A stretch of 64,000 nucleotides of DNA, taken from NCBI GenBank assembly GCA_965214245.1, contig CBDCBL010000005.1, positions 28,657 through 92,656 of the forward strand. Direction: 5' to 3'. Shown in pieces: positions 22,683 through 32,443 of the stretch. Position 1 is the stretch's first letter, and every line of letters starts with the position of its first letter. The notes beneath the pieces were generated by a model. It searched no databases. It saw nothing but the letters and a program-made list of their open reading frames with translations, and had not been told where the DNA came from. The stretch is from Acidobacteriota bacterium (GTDB lineage Bacteria; Acidobacteriota; UBA890). Made by a program: the position numbers and the translations under genes.

Positions 22683-25480
22683 GAGGCCTGGCCCCAACCT
22701 ATCAACGCGTCGCGAAGCGGGCGGGCGGCACACTCCTGCTGGCGGTACTCTGCGTCGTTTTCGCCGACGGCGCGGCCGTGGCGCAAAGCGTGGCGGCGCC
22801 CAACGGCGATTCATTCGCAGGGAAACCCGTCGTGTCCTTCGAGGTAACCGCACCCGATGGTCTGGAGCAGGCAGCGCGCGAGGCCGTCGCAATTCGTCTC
22901 GGCGCACCGTATGCGGTCGCCGACCTGAAGCGCAGCCTGCAGAATATCTACGCGCTGGGCAACGTGTCCGACGTCCAAGTGAGTGGCGAAGATACAGGCG
23001 CCGGGGTGCGGCTTCACTTCCTGGTGCTCCCGGCAACCCACCTCCACGAGCTTCGCTTCGCCGGCGACAGCCCGCTCGGCTCCGGAACTCTGCGGGACGC
23101 TCTGACAGCAACCGTGGGCGACCGCGTGACCCGCGAGATGCTCGAAGAGCAGGCGCTGCGCGTGCAGGAGGAGATCCACGATCAAGGCTACCTGGAGGCA
23201 ACGGTGGAGCCCGAGCTGGTTCTCGATGACGGCGGCACGGAGGGGACGGTCACGTTCCACATCGACAGCGGCGCCCCGACCCGCATCCGCAGCCTGCAGA
23301 TCACCGGTTCCCTCGGCATCACCGACGCGGAAATCCGCTCCGCCTTCGGACTGCGGGAAGGCAGCGTGTACCGCCGCGCCGCCCTGGGAAACGGCATCAA
23401 CCAAGTATCCCGTCGCCTCGCCGACGAGCACTTCTTCTACGCCACGGTGACGCTACCCGAGGCGGCAATCGACCAGGAATCCAACACCGTCGACCTCAGC
23501 GTCAACGTGGAGGCGGGCCCGCGTGTCGAGCTCAACTTCGGCGGCAGGGATCGCACCGAAGAGCAGTGGCACGAGGTGCTGCCGTTCTTCGAGGAAACGA
23601 GCGTCGCCGATTGGATCCTCAAGCAGGCCCGTGCAGACATCGTCGCCGAGCTGCAGGAACAGGGATACTGGCAGCTGCTGGTTTCCTACGGCATCACGCG
23701 GCGCGACGAGGAGGGTCGCAATGTAGCTATCAACTTCAGCGTGCAGCCGTTCCGCCAGGCGCACGTCGGCCGAATCGATTTCGTCGGCAACGACCACATT
23801 CCCACCGAAACGCTGCTCGGGACGATCGGCACACAGCCGCGCCGGTGGTTGCGCGGCGGCACGTTCACCACTCGGCAATGGCAGCAGGACCAGCGGTCGA
23901 TCCTGGCGATGTATCGGCAGATGGGTTTTCTGCAGGCGCGCGTGACCTCTTCCAGCGTGTCGTTCGACCCGGAGCTCCAGGGGTTGCGGGTCGCGGCAAC
24001 CATCGACGAGGGTGGGCGCACGCTGGCCCGCGAGGTCGCGATTGACCTCGACCAAGACATCACGGCTGTGGGCGTCGACACCGCAGGCTGGATCGATCAG
24101 CTGCAGCTCCGCTCCGGCGGCGCCTACAACCCCGACGCCATTCGACAGGACGAGACCCGCCTCCGCGTATTGCTCGCTAACGAGGGCTTTCGCCGCGCCC
24201 TGGTGACCTCCGAAATCGACGAAGGTCAAGATCCCTACGTCGTCGACGTGCGCTTCTCGTTGTACCCGGGTCCGCGAACCCGAGTGGGCCGTGTTCTGAT
24301 CTCGGGCAACCGCCGTGTCAAGGAACACGTCATCCGACGCGAGCTGCTGTTCGTATCGGGCTCGCCGCTGACCCAGGAAGCGGTCATCCGCAGCCAGAGC
24401 CGCCTCTACCAACTGGGACTCTTTTCGCGCGTTTCGATCGCAACGGCACAGCCCGATTCGACCGCGTCGGACCCTGCCGTGGTCGTCCGCGTCGAAGAAG
24501 GGTCGGGCCAGAGGCTGTCTTGGGGTCTCGGCTACTCCACCGAGGAACAGATTCGCGGCCTGGTGGTTGTCAGGCAAGACAATCTGTGGGGTCGCAACCA
24601 CCGCGCGACGGCCAGCGTGCGCGCCTCGTTCAAGGAGCAGCGAGTTCGCTTCATCTACACGGAGCCATGGCTCCTGGGCCGCCGCGTCGAAGGATCGGTG
24701 GTCAGCTACTTCGAGAGTCTCGACCAGGAAGGCTTCAAGCTGCAGAACTACGGGATCTCGCTCCAGGGGGTCGTGCGCCATTCGCAAACGTTCACCAGCA
24801 TCGCCCGCTACTCGTTTCGCGATCAGCAAGCTTTCGACATCCTCATCGACCCCGAGTTCATCGAACCGGAGGATCAAGACGCGGTCGTGGGCAGCTTTAT
24901 CTACTCGATGTTGAACGACACCCGACCGAATCCCATCGACCCGAGCGGCGGCACCTACCACACGCTCGATACCGAGCTCGCGTCGCGCGCGCTGGCCAGC
25001 GAGACCGACTTCTTCAAGATGTTCGGGCGTTCCTACTGGTATTGGAATCTCGGGAGCGATGCGGTGCTCGTCGCCGCGGCGCGCGCCGGATTCGCAGTGT
25101 CCTATCGCGACTCCATCGTGCCGTTGCCGGAGCGTTTCTTCGCCGGCGGCTCGACCACGTTGCGCGGCTTCGGCCGCAATCAGGCTGGGCCAAAGGACCC
25201 GAACGGCAACCCGCTGGGCGGCAATGTGTTGTTGATTGGCAACCTCGAGCTGCGCTTTCCCGTGCGCGGCAATTTGGGCGCCGCGCTTTTCCTGGACGTA
25301 GGTAACGTTTTCGCCAACTTCGACTCGATTTCCAAGCAGGAGATCCGTGAAGACATCGGGTTCGGCATTCGTTACGAGACGCCGATCGGGCCGCTGCGGC
25401 TCGACGTGGCGCGCCTGCTGGACGCGCGTACCGGCGAGGATACGACCAAGCTCCACTTCGCAATCGGCCAGGCATTCTGA
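22679..25480 (+). CDS. Omp85 family outer membrane protein (TamA/BamA-like) with POTRA domains
   Basis: Signal peptide, POTRA-like repeats, ERFFAGGSTTLRGF, GIRYETPIGPLRLD, C-terminal GQAF. Confidence 0.9.
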   Translation: MRGLAPTYQRVAKRAGGTLLLAVLCVVFADGAAVAQSVAAPNGDSFAGKPVVSFEVTAPDGLEQAAREAVAIRLGAPYAVADLKRSLQNIYALGNVSDVQVSGEDTGAGVRLHFLVLPATHLHELRFAGDSPLGSGTLRDALTATVGDRVTREMLEEQALRVQEEIHDQGYLEATVEPELVLDDGGTEGTVTFHIDSGAPTRIRSLQITGSLGITDAEIRSAFGLREGSVYRRAALGNGINQVSRRLADEHFFYATVTLPEAAIDQESNTVDLSVNVEAGPRVELNFGGRDRTEEQWHEVLPFFEETSVADWILKQARADIVAELQEQGYWQLLVSYGITRRDEEGRNVAINFSVQPFRQAHVGRIDFVGNDHIPTETLLGTIGTQPRRWLRGGTFTTRQWQQDQRSILAMYRQMGFLQARVTSSSVSFDPELQGLRVAATIDEGGRTLAREVAIDLDQDITAVGVDTAGWIDQLQLRSGGAYNPDAIRQDETRLRVLLANEGFRRALVTSEIDEGQDPYVVDVRFSLYPGPRTRVGRVLISGNRRVKEHVIRRELLFVSGSPLTQEAVIRSQSRLYQLGLFSRVSIATAQPDSTASDPAVVVRVEEGSGQRLSWGLGYSTEEQIRGLVVVRQDNLWGRNHRATASVRASFKEQRVRFIYTEPWLLGRRVEGSVVSYFESLDQEGFKLQNYGISLQGVVRHSQTFTSIARYSFRDQQAFDILIDPEFIEPEDQDAVVGSFIYSMLNDTRPNPIDPSGGTYHTLDTELASRALASETDFFKMFGRSYWYWNLGSDAVLVAAARAGFAVSYRDSIVPLPERFFAGGSTTLRGFGRNQAGPKDPNGNPLGGNVLLIGNLELRFPVRGNLGAALFLDVGNVFANFDSISKQEIREDIGFGIRYETPIGPLRLDVARLLDARTGEDTTKLHFAIGQAF

Positions 25481-26250
25481 TGCAGCGGCCCTGCGGCGCG
25501 ATGCCTGACCTGATCTGCGTGGCGCTGCTGTGCCTCGTGCCGGTCGCCCCGACGCGGGCGAGCACGCCAACGGAGGGCGCCGTCGCGAACCCGACCGCCC
25601 AACAGCTCATCGACCGGATCGTCGCCGTCGTCGACGGAGAGGTCATCACGCGGGCGCAACTGCGGCAGGCTACCAAGTTGAGCTCTACCGATCTCGGAAA
25701 GCTCGCCCTTTGTGGGAACGTCACGGCGTCGGTTGGCGACAGCGAAGATGAAGCCGCTGCGACGTCGACAAACGGCGACGCTGACGGCGCCCTCGAGCGC
25801 CGCATGCTCGACTGCATGATCGACAACATGCTCGTCGACCGATACGTGCGTCGCTTCCCTCAATTCGCCGCCTTCGGCGGCGAGGTCGAGCGGGAATTCG
25901 CCGACCTGGTGGCGCTGTTTCCATCGGCGCAGGCCTTCGAGCAGGAGGTGGAACGGCAAGGGATGACGGCGGCCGAAGTGCGCTACGATCTGGAACGCCG
26001 GTATCTGATCATCAACTACGTTGATGCTCGCTACCGCAGCACCGTGGATATCCGCGAAACCGACTCGCGGCGCTACTATGAGGAAGTCTTGCGGCCGGAG
26101 ATGGAGCAAGTCGGCGAACCGTTGCCGCCGTTCGAGAGCGTCGAGCACCTCATACGGCCGATCTTGATCGAGAACGAGGTCAACCGCAGGGTTGGCGATT
26201 GGCTCGCCGATTTGCGGCGCCGCGCCGACATTGTCGTCTACGTCTGGTAG
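25480..26250 (+). CDS. SurA-like chaperone (core only, no parvulin domain)
   Basis: IDRIVAVVDGEVIT; C-terminal WLADLRRRADI. Confidence 0.75.
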   Translation: MQRPCGAMPDLICVALLCLVPVAPTRASTPTEGAVANPTAQQLIDRIVAVVDGEVITRAQLRQATKLSSTDLGKLALCGNVTASVGDSEDEAAATSTNGDADGALERRMLDCMIDNMLVDRYVRRFPQFAAFGGEVEREFADLVALFPSAQAFEQEVERQGMTAAEVRYDLERRYLIINYVDARYRSTVDIRETDSRRYYEEVLRPEMEQVGEPLPPFESVEHLIRPILIENEVNRRVGDWLADLRRRADIVVYVW

Positions 26251-26257
26251 TTCGGGA

Positions 26258-27426
26258 GTGACTGCAGCCACGCGCAAGAAACCCACTAAAGCGGAGATTG
26301 CCGCGCGCGACGCCGCCGTCGCCGAAGCGGGAGGTGCGGCACCGCCGCAGACCGCCGGTGCGGGCTTCGCTTCTCTCGTTGGCCACGAAGGTCCGGTGCA
26401 AGCGCTGCACCGCGCCGTCACCCGCAACCGCCTGCCGCACGCCATCCTGCTGCACGGGCCGTCGGGCGTCGGCAAGGCGACCTGCGCCGGCATCCTGGCG
26501 CAGGCACTCAACTGCGAGATCTCTGATTTCAAGGACGCGTGCGGCTCGTGCGTATCGTGCCGCAAGGTATCTCGTGGTCTGCACCCCGATGTGCTGTGGG
26601 TGGAGCCGCTGACCGGGAAGATCCGCATTGCACAGGTGGCGGTACGCAGCAGCTCGCGAACCGCCGGGCCCGAGCCACCGCATGAGCCCATCGTCAGCTG
26701 GATCGGATACAGGCCCTACGAAGGTACTCGGCGAGTCGTAGTCATCGACGACGCCGACGCCATGACTACACAATCGCAAAACGCGCTGCTCAAGACGCTC
26801 GAGGAACCACCGGGCTCGTTGCTGCTGCTGCTCGTCACGGCCAGGCCGGGCTCGCTGCTGTCGACGATACGCTCGCGCTGTCAGCCATTGCGCTTCCAGC
26901 CGCTTCCACTCAACCTGCTGAGAGCCCATCTCGAGGAAGCCGAGGGATTGCCGAGCGATGAGGCGCGGCTGCGCGCGGCGCTGGCGCCGGGCAGCGTCGG
27001 CAGGGCGATGAGCCTGGATATCGAGGAATACACGGCCCTGCGCGACGTCGCCGAGTCCGCTCTCGAAGACACCGTGCAAGGCGGTGCGGCATTGCTCGCC
27101 GCCGCCGAAACTCTCCTCGCCGCCGGCGTCGGCGAGCGCAAGATCGAGCAGGCGTCGTCGGCGATCGGCGCGGTGCGCGACATCCTGCGCGATCTGTTGG
27201 TGCTGAACGCCGGCAACGACGTGAACCTGGTGGTCAACCTCGACCGTGCTTCCGAGTGGGCTCCGTGGGCCGATACGCTGGATCCGGAGTCGATTGTCAC
27301 GGCCATCGACGCCGTGCAACGCGCCGAGGACAAGCTGCACGGCGCCCTGCAGCCCAACGCTCGCCTGACGGTCGAGGAAGTGCTCATCGGCGCCGGCGCC
27401 GCGATGCGCCGCGGCGCGGTGGCCTG

Positions 27427-27427
<1 letters not shown>
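26258..27427 (+). CDS. holB: DNA polymerase III subunit delta'
   Basis: HAILLHGPSGVGK, CGSCVSC, HPDV, QNALLKTLEEPP, TIRSRC. Confidence 0.92.
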
Positions 27428-28377
<950 letters not shown>

Positions 28378-28511
28378 TGTCCTGAGTCAGAAGCTCGTTC
28401 ACAGCAACGGGCGATCGTCTCGAGGATTCTGTCGTGCGCACCGCTGAGCGTGAGACGTTCTCCCAGCGGGGAAATTGCGGATCTTTTCGGTTCCGAGGGT
28501 TTTTCCCCTGA

Positions 28512-28664
28512 GCCGTCCGTGGGTGGTATAGGCCCTCTCAGGTCCTTCCGCTACCCTGAAACCGCGAGGGGAAATTATGGATCCCTTCGGGTTCTCTTTG
28601 AAACCTCGCGGTTGCAGGTGCCCCACGGATCCCCCCGAGAGGGCCTATACCACCCACGGACGGC
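28512..28664 (+). repeat. Rod-like hairpin element, copy A (structured ncRNA or REP/MITE-like)
   Basis: Perfect 28-bp inverted repeat (28512-28539 / 28637-28664) enclosing nested inner stems and a cTTCGg loop. Confidence 0.8.
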
Positions 28665-28948
28665 GCGAGGTCGGTGTACGACCGTCGACCGGATCGGCCG
28701 GTGACTGCTATGACAACGCGATGTGCGAGCTTCTTCGCGACGCTCGAGTGCGAGCTCCTGAACCGCCAGCGGTTCAGGAGCCAGGCTGAGGCTCGCATAG
28801 CCGTCTTCGAGTTCATCGAGGGCTTTTACAATCCCCACCGCCGTCACTCAGCCCTCGACTACGAGTCGCCTGTAAATTACGAGAGGAGGTGGGATCAGGT
28901 CGCTTGAAATGGGGACGGTCAATTGTCCACCAAAGCGGGGCAACTCCA
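28665..28948 (+). mobile_element. IS3-family remnant (3' end of OrfB with a frameshift, plus right IR)
   Basis: GDCYDNAMCE/(S)FFATLECEL...IEGFYNPHRRHSALDYESP; end TGTCCACCAAAGCGGGGCAACTCCA resembles an IS3 right end. Confidence 0.85.
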
Positions 28949-28987
28949 GGTAGTCCGTGCTCCCTGGATCCGAGGCCGAAGTCAGGC

Positions 28988-29143
28988 GCCGGGAGCGGGT
29001 GGTATAGGCCCGGTTCGGGGGGACCTGTGGGGGACCCCATCAGCCGAGCGGATTACAAAAAAACCCGAAGGGGTCCGCAATTTACCCGCTCGGTTGAAGG
29101 GGCACGGGAGGACCGGAGAGAGCCTATACCACCCGCTCCCGGC
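28988..29143 (-). repeat. Rod-like hairpin element, copy B (inverted relative to A)
   Basis: 22-bp perfect IR (28988-29009 / 29122-29143) with the same GGTGGTATAGGC core and inner architecture as copy A. Confidence 0.8.
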
Positions 29144-29270
29144 TCAGGGGAAGAACCCTCGAAACCGGAAGGGCCCGCGATGTCCCCTCGCGTTTGCAGG
29201 GTAGCGGAAGGACCTGAGGGACCCCCCGCCCCCGCTCCCCCGCTGGCGAAAACGCTACGAGCAAGCCGTG

Positions 29271-29729
29271 TCATCGTCGCCGCAATTCCTGCTGGATATC
29301 GCGCTCCACCGCGTCGCGCTTTTTCTGCTCGCGCTTGTCGTAGGAGCGCTTGCCCTTGCCCACGGCGAGCTCGACCTTGGCCCAGCCGCCGCGGAAATAG
29401 ATCCTCAGCGGCACCAAAGTAAACCCGCGCTCGACGATCTTGCTGCGCAACTTGTCGATTTCGCGGCGGTTCAGCAATAGCTTGCGCGGACGCTCGGGGT
29501 CGTGCTGGTTATGGGGCCCGGCCGGCCCGTACGGACCAATGTGACAGTTACGCAGAACGACGTTGGCGCCCTCGATGCTGGCGTAAGCGTCTTTGAGGTT
29601 GGCGCGGCCCTCGCGCAGCGCCTTGACCTCGGAGCCCAGCAGCGACATGCCGGCCTCCAGCTTGTCGATGATCTCGTAGTCGTAGCGCGCCTTGCGGTTG
29701 ACGGTAACGACCTTCTCGTTGTCGCTCAT
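29271..29729 (-). CDS. smpB: SsrA-binding protein
   Basis: NRKARYDY, EAGMSLLGSEVKALR, RKLLLNRREI, GKGKRSYDKR. Confidence 0.98.
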   Translation of the reverse strand: MSDNEKVVTVNRKARYDYEIIDKLEAGMSLLGSEVKALREGRANLKDAYASIEGANVVLRNCHIGPYGPAGPHNQHDPERPRKLLLNRREIDKLRSKIVERGFTLVPLRIYFRGGWAKVELAVGKGKRSYDKREQKKRDAVERDIQQELRRR

Positions 29730-29784
29730 GGCTGTTTGGTCGCGGCGTGCTCCGCCGCTGCGCCGGTGCCCGACAGGTTTCTGT

Positions 29785-29832
29785 TAAGCAGGATGCTGAA
29801 GAACTCCCGGGAGCTCTTCAGCACCCTGTCAA
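29785..29832. repeat. 48-bp palindromic repeat, copy 2
   Basis: TAAGCAGGATGCTGAAGAACTCCCGGGAGCTCTTCAGCACCCTGTCAA; overlaps the TGA stop of the nucleotide-sugar dehydrogenase. Confidence 0.8.
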
Positions 29833-31130
29833 ATGCGGACGATGTGCGCGTCGTCGTGCCCTGCGGTGACGTTGCGCGTATCGACGATCAGCTTGGATGC
29901 CTCGACGATCGCCGGCCAATCGAAGGCGGTGTGATCGGTGCAGACAACAACGCAATCGTAGTCGGCGCATTGCTCCGGGCCGCCATCTGTCGATTTCAAC
30001 GGCTCATCGAAACCCTCGACGACCTCGGCAACGTGCGGATCGTTGAACTCGACCTCGGCGCCCCGCGCCGCCAACAGACGAATGATATCGAGCGCCGGGG
30101 ATTCCCGTACGTCGTCGATATCGCGTTTGTAGGCGACGCCCAGCACCAGGATTCGGCTGCCGTTGACACTCTTCTTGTTCTCGTTGAGCGCGTCCGCCAC
30201 CTTATGAACCACGTGTTCGGGCATGCCGGCGTTGATCTCGCTGGCAAGCTCCACGAGTCGGGCCTGGTAGTCGAGCATGCGGACCTTCCAGGTCAGGTAG
30301 TGCGGATCCACCGGAATGCAGTGTCCGCCGAGTCCGGGCCCCGGATAGAACGGCATGTAGCCGAACGGTTTGGTGGCGGCGGCATCGATTACGTCCCAGG
30401 TGTCGATTTCCAGGCGATCACACATCATCGCGACCTCGTTGACCAGCGCGATGTTCACCGAACGGAACGTGTTCTCGAGCAGCTTGACCATTTCCGCGGC
30501 GCGGCAAGAAGACACCAGGTGCACCGTGTCGACGATGGTCTCGTAAAACGCCGTGGCGACCTGGGAGCACGTCGGAGTGTACCCGCCGACGATCTTGGGC
30601 GTGTCGGTGAGACCGTATTCGGAGTTTCCCGGATCTATTCGTTCCGGAGAGAAGGCCAGAAAGAAGTCCTCGCCGGCAACGGCGCCGTTGGCCGACAGCC
30701 GCGGCAACAGGATTTCCTCGGTGGTACCGGGATACGTCGTGCTCTCCATGACCACAAGCATGCCGGCGTGGAAATGCTCGACGAGCTTGTCGGTCGCCGC
30801 CAGGATGTACGACACGTCGGGGTCGCGCGTCTTGCTCAGCGGCGTCGGCACGCAAATAACGACCGCGTCCAGCCCGGCGATGGCGCCCATGTCGGTGCTC
30901 GCCGACAGCCGCCCGGCCGAGACCTGCTCGCCGACCTCGGCGTCGCTGACATCGCCGATGTAGGAGGTACCGGCGTTGATCTCGCCAACCCGCTGTTCGT
31001 TGATATCCAGACCGGTAACCTTGAATCCGGCCTCCGCGAAGGCAACGGCGAGGGGCACACCGACGTAGCCCATTCCCATTACGCCGACATGTAGCGACCG
31101 TTCTTCGATTCGATCGAGCAGTTCTTGCAA
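29829..31130 (-). CDS. Nucleotide-sugar dehydrogenase (UDP-GlcNAc 6-dehydrogenase WbpA/WecC family)
   Basis: GMGYVG, ICVPTP, FSPERIDPGN, GPGLGGHCIPVDP, DVRESP; start uncertain (TTG at 31130 assumed). Confidence 0.92.
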   Translation of the reverse strand: MQELLDRIEERSLHVGVMGMGYVGVPLAVAFAEAGFKVTGLDINEQRVGEINAGTSYIGDVSDAEVGEQVSAGRLSASTDMGAIAGLDAVVICVPTPLSKTRDPDVSYILAATDKLVEHFHAGMLVVMESTTYPGTTEEILLPRLSANGAVAGEDFFLAFSPERIDPGNSEYGLTDTPKIVGGYTPTCSQVATAFYETIVDTVHLVSSCRAAEMVKLLENTFRSVNIALVNEVAMMCDRLEIDTWDVIDAAATKPFGYMPFYPGPGLGGHCIPVDPHYLTWKVRMLDYQARLVELASEINAGMPEHVVHKVADALNENKKSVNGSRILVLGVAYKRDIDDVRESPALDIIRLLAARGAEVEFNDPHVAEVVEGFDEPLKSTDGGPEQCADYDCVVVCTDHTAFDWPAIVEASKLIVDTRNVTAGHDDAHIVRI

Positions 31131-31188
31131 GGCTCTACGGGATTTCGGGGTCCGGGATGGGACGGCGAAAAGGCACCTGCGGGGCGTC

Positions 31189-31776
31189 GTGAGTATACTT
31201 GCCGGGGATCCCCCCCCCCCAACACCACCATCACAGGTCTTGGTGCCAGCGGAAAGCACGTACCTAGGGTTGGGCTCCAACCTCGGAAATAGAACGGCCA
31301 ATCTGTGCGCCGGCCTCGACGCCCTGGGCGGCGCCGGCCTGACGATCCGATCGGTGTCCTCTTTCTACCTGGCCGAACCCGAGGATTCCGCCCGCAACGA
31401 TGACCCATGGTACGTGAACTCGGTCGTCGCGGTAGGGGACGCCACAGACGCCAGCGAGTTGCTGCAGCTGTGTCTGGAGATCGAACAACGACACGGTCGC
31501 GTGCGCGACAAGTCGGGCAGGCCCAGGCCACGACGCCTCGATGTCGATATCCTGATGTTCGGCGACGTCACGATCGACGAGCCGTCGTTGCGGGTGCCGC
31601 ACCCGCGCATGCACGAGAGGCGTTTCGTGCTCGAGCCTCTCAGCGAAATCGCACCCGAAGCCCGGCACCCTATAGAGCAAGCAAGTGTCGCCGAGCTTCT
31701 CGAGCGGTTGCCGGCCGGCGATCGAGTTTGGCTTCTGGCCCCACCGCCGCTCCTGTCGACCGCGGGGACGACCTGA
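31189..31776 (+). CDS. folK: 2-amino-4-hydroxy-6-hydroxymethyldihydropteridine diphosphokinase
   Basis: YLGLGSNLG, PRRLDVDIL, PHPRMHERRFVL; true start probably ~31243. Confidence 0.93.
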   Translation: MSILAGDPPPPTPPSQVLVPAESTYLGLGSNLGNRTANLCAGLDALGGAGLTIRSVSSFYLAEPEDSARNDDPWYVNSVVAVGDATDASELLQLCLEIEQRHGRVRDKSGRPRPRRLDVDILMFGDVTIDEPSLRVPHPRMHERRFVLEPLSEIAPEARHPIEQASVAELLERLPAGDRVWLLAPPPLLSTAGTT

Positions 31777-32411
31777 TGCGGTGGAATTACATCGCCTTTG
31801 AAGGACCCATCGGCGTCGGCAAGACGAGCCTGGTGACCCTGTTGTCGGAGAAGCTGGGCGCGGTGCGAATCCTCGAGGACGTCTCGAACCCGTTCCTCGA
31901 GGCGTTCTACGATGAGGTCCCCGGCGCGGCGTTCCAGGCACAGCTGTTCTTCTTGCTGTCGCGCTATCGGCACCTCACGGAGGCCGCCCAAGGCGAGCTC
32001 TTTCAGCAGCTCACGCTCGCCGACCACACCTTCCAGAAGGATCGCATCTTCGCCCACCTGACCTTGAGCGACAGCGAGCTGATGCTGTACGAGAGAGTCT
32101 GGGCGTTGCTGGCACCGCAGGTGCCGAAGCCCGACATGGTCGTGTACCTGCAGGGCAGCACCGACGTGTTGATGCAGCGGGTACATCGACGCGACCGTGC
32201 CGAGGAATCCGGCATCTCCTACGCCTACCTCGAAGAGGTGAACCAAGCGTACGCGCACTACTTCTATCACTACACCGAAACACCGCTGCTGGTTATCAAC
32301 ACGTCGGAGATTGACTTCGTGGCAGACGAAACCGACTTCGACGATCTGATCGCCCAGATCGACTCCATGGAGGCGGGCACCCGCGTGTACGTCCCCCGAC
32401 ACACGCGCTGA
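31776..32411 (+). CDS. Deoxynucleoside kinase
   Basis: YIAFEGPIGVGKTSL, QLFFLLSR; ATG overlaps the folK stop. Confidence 0.92.
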   Translation: MRWNYIAFEGPIGVGKTSLVTLLSEKLGAVRILEDVSNPFLEAFYDEVPGAAFQAQLFFLLSRYRHLTEAAQGELFQQLTLADHTFQKDRIFAHLTLSDSELMLYERVWALLAPQVPKPDMVVYLQGSTDVLMQRVHRRDRAEESGISYAYLEEVNQAYAHYFYHYTETPLLVINTSEIDFVADETDFDDLIAQIDSMEAGTRVYVPRHTR

Positions 32412-32443
32412 GGAGTTTCTCCGGGCTAACATGCAAGCAGGTC

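Noticed and set aside
28512-29143. 6S RNA, CRISPR array or ribozyme as the identity of the hairpins
   Set aside because: Size and rod shape resemble 6S, but there are multiple inverted and partial copies; no repeat-spacer periodicity or cas genes; no hammerhead or HDV core conserved in both copies. Not formally excluded without an Rfam scan.
28380-29270. tmRNA (ssrA) downstream of smpB
   Set aside because: No tRNA-like ends (GGGG..., T-arm GTTCGA...CCACCA) found on either strand; the space is explained by the hairpin elements and the IS3 remnant.
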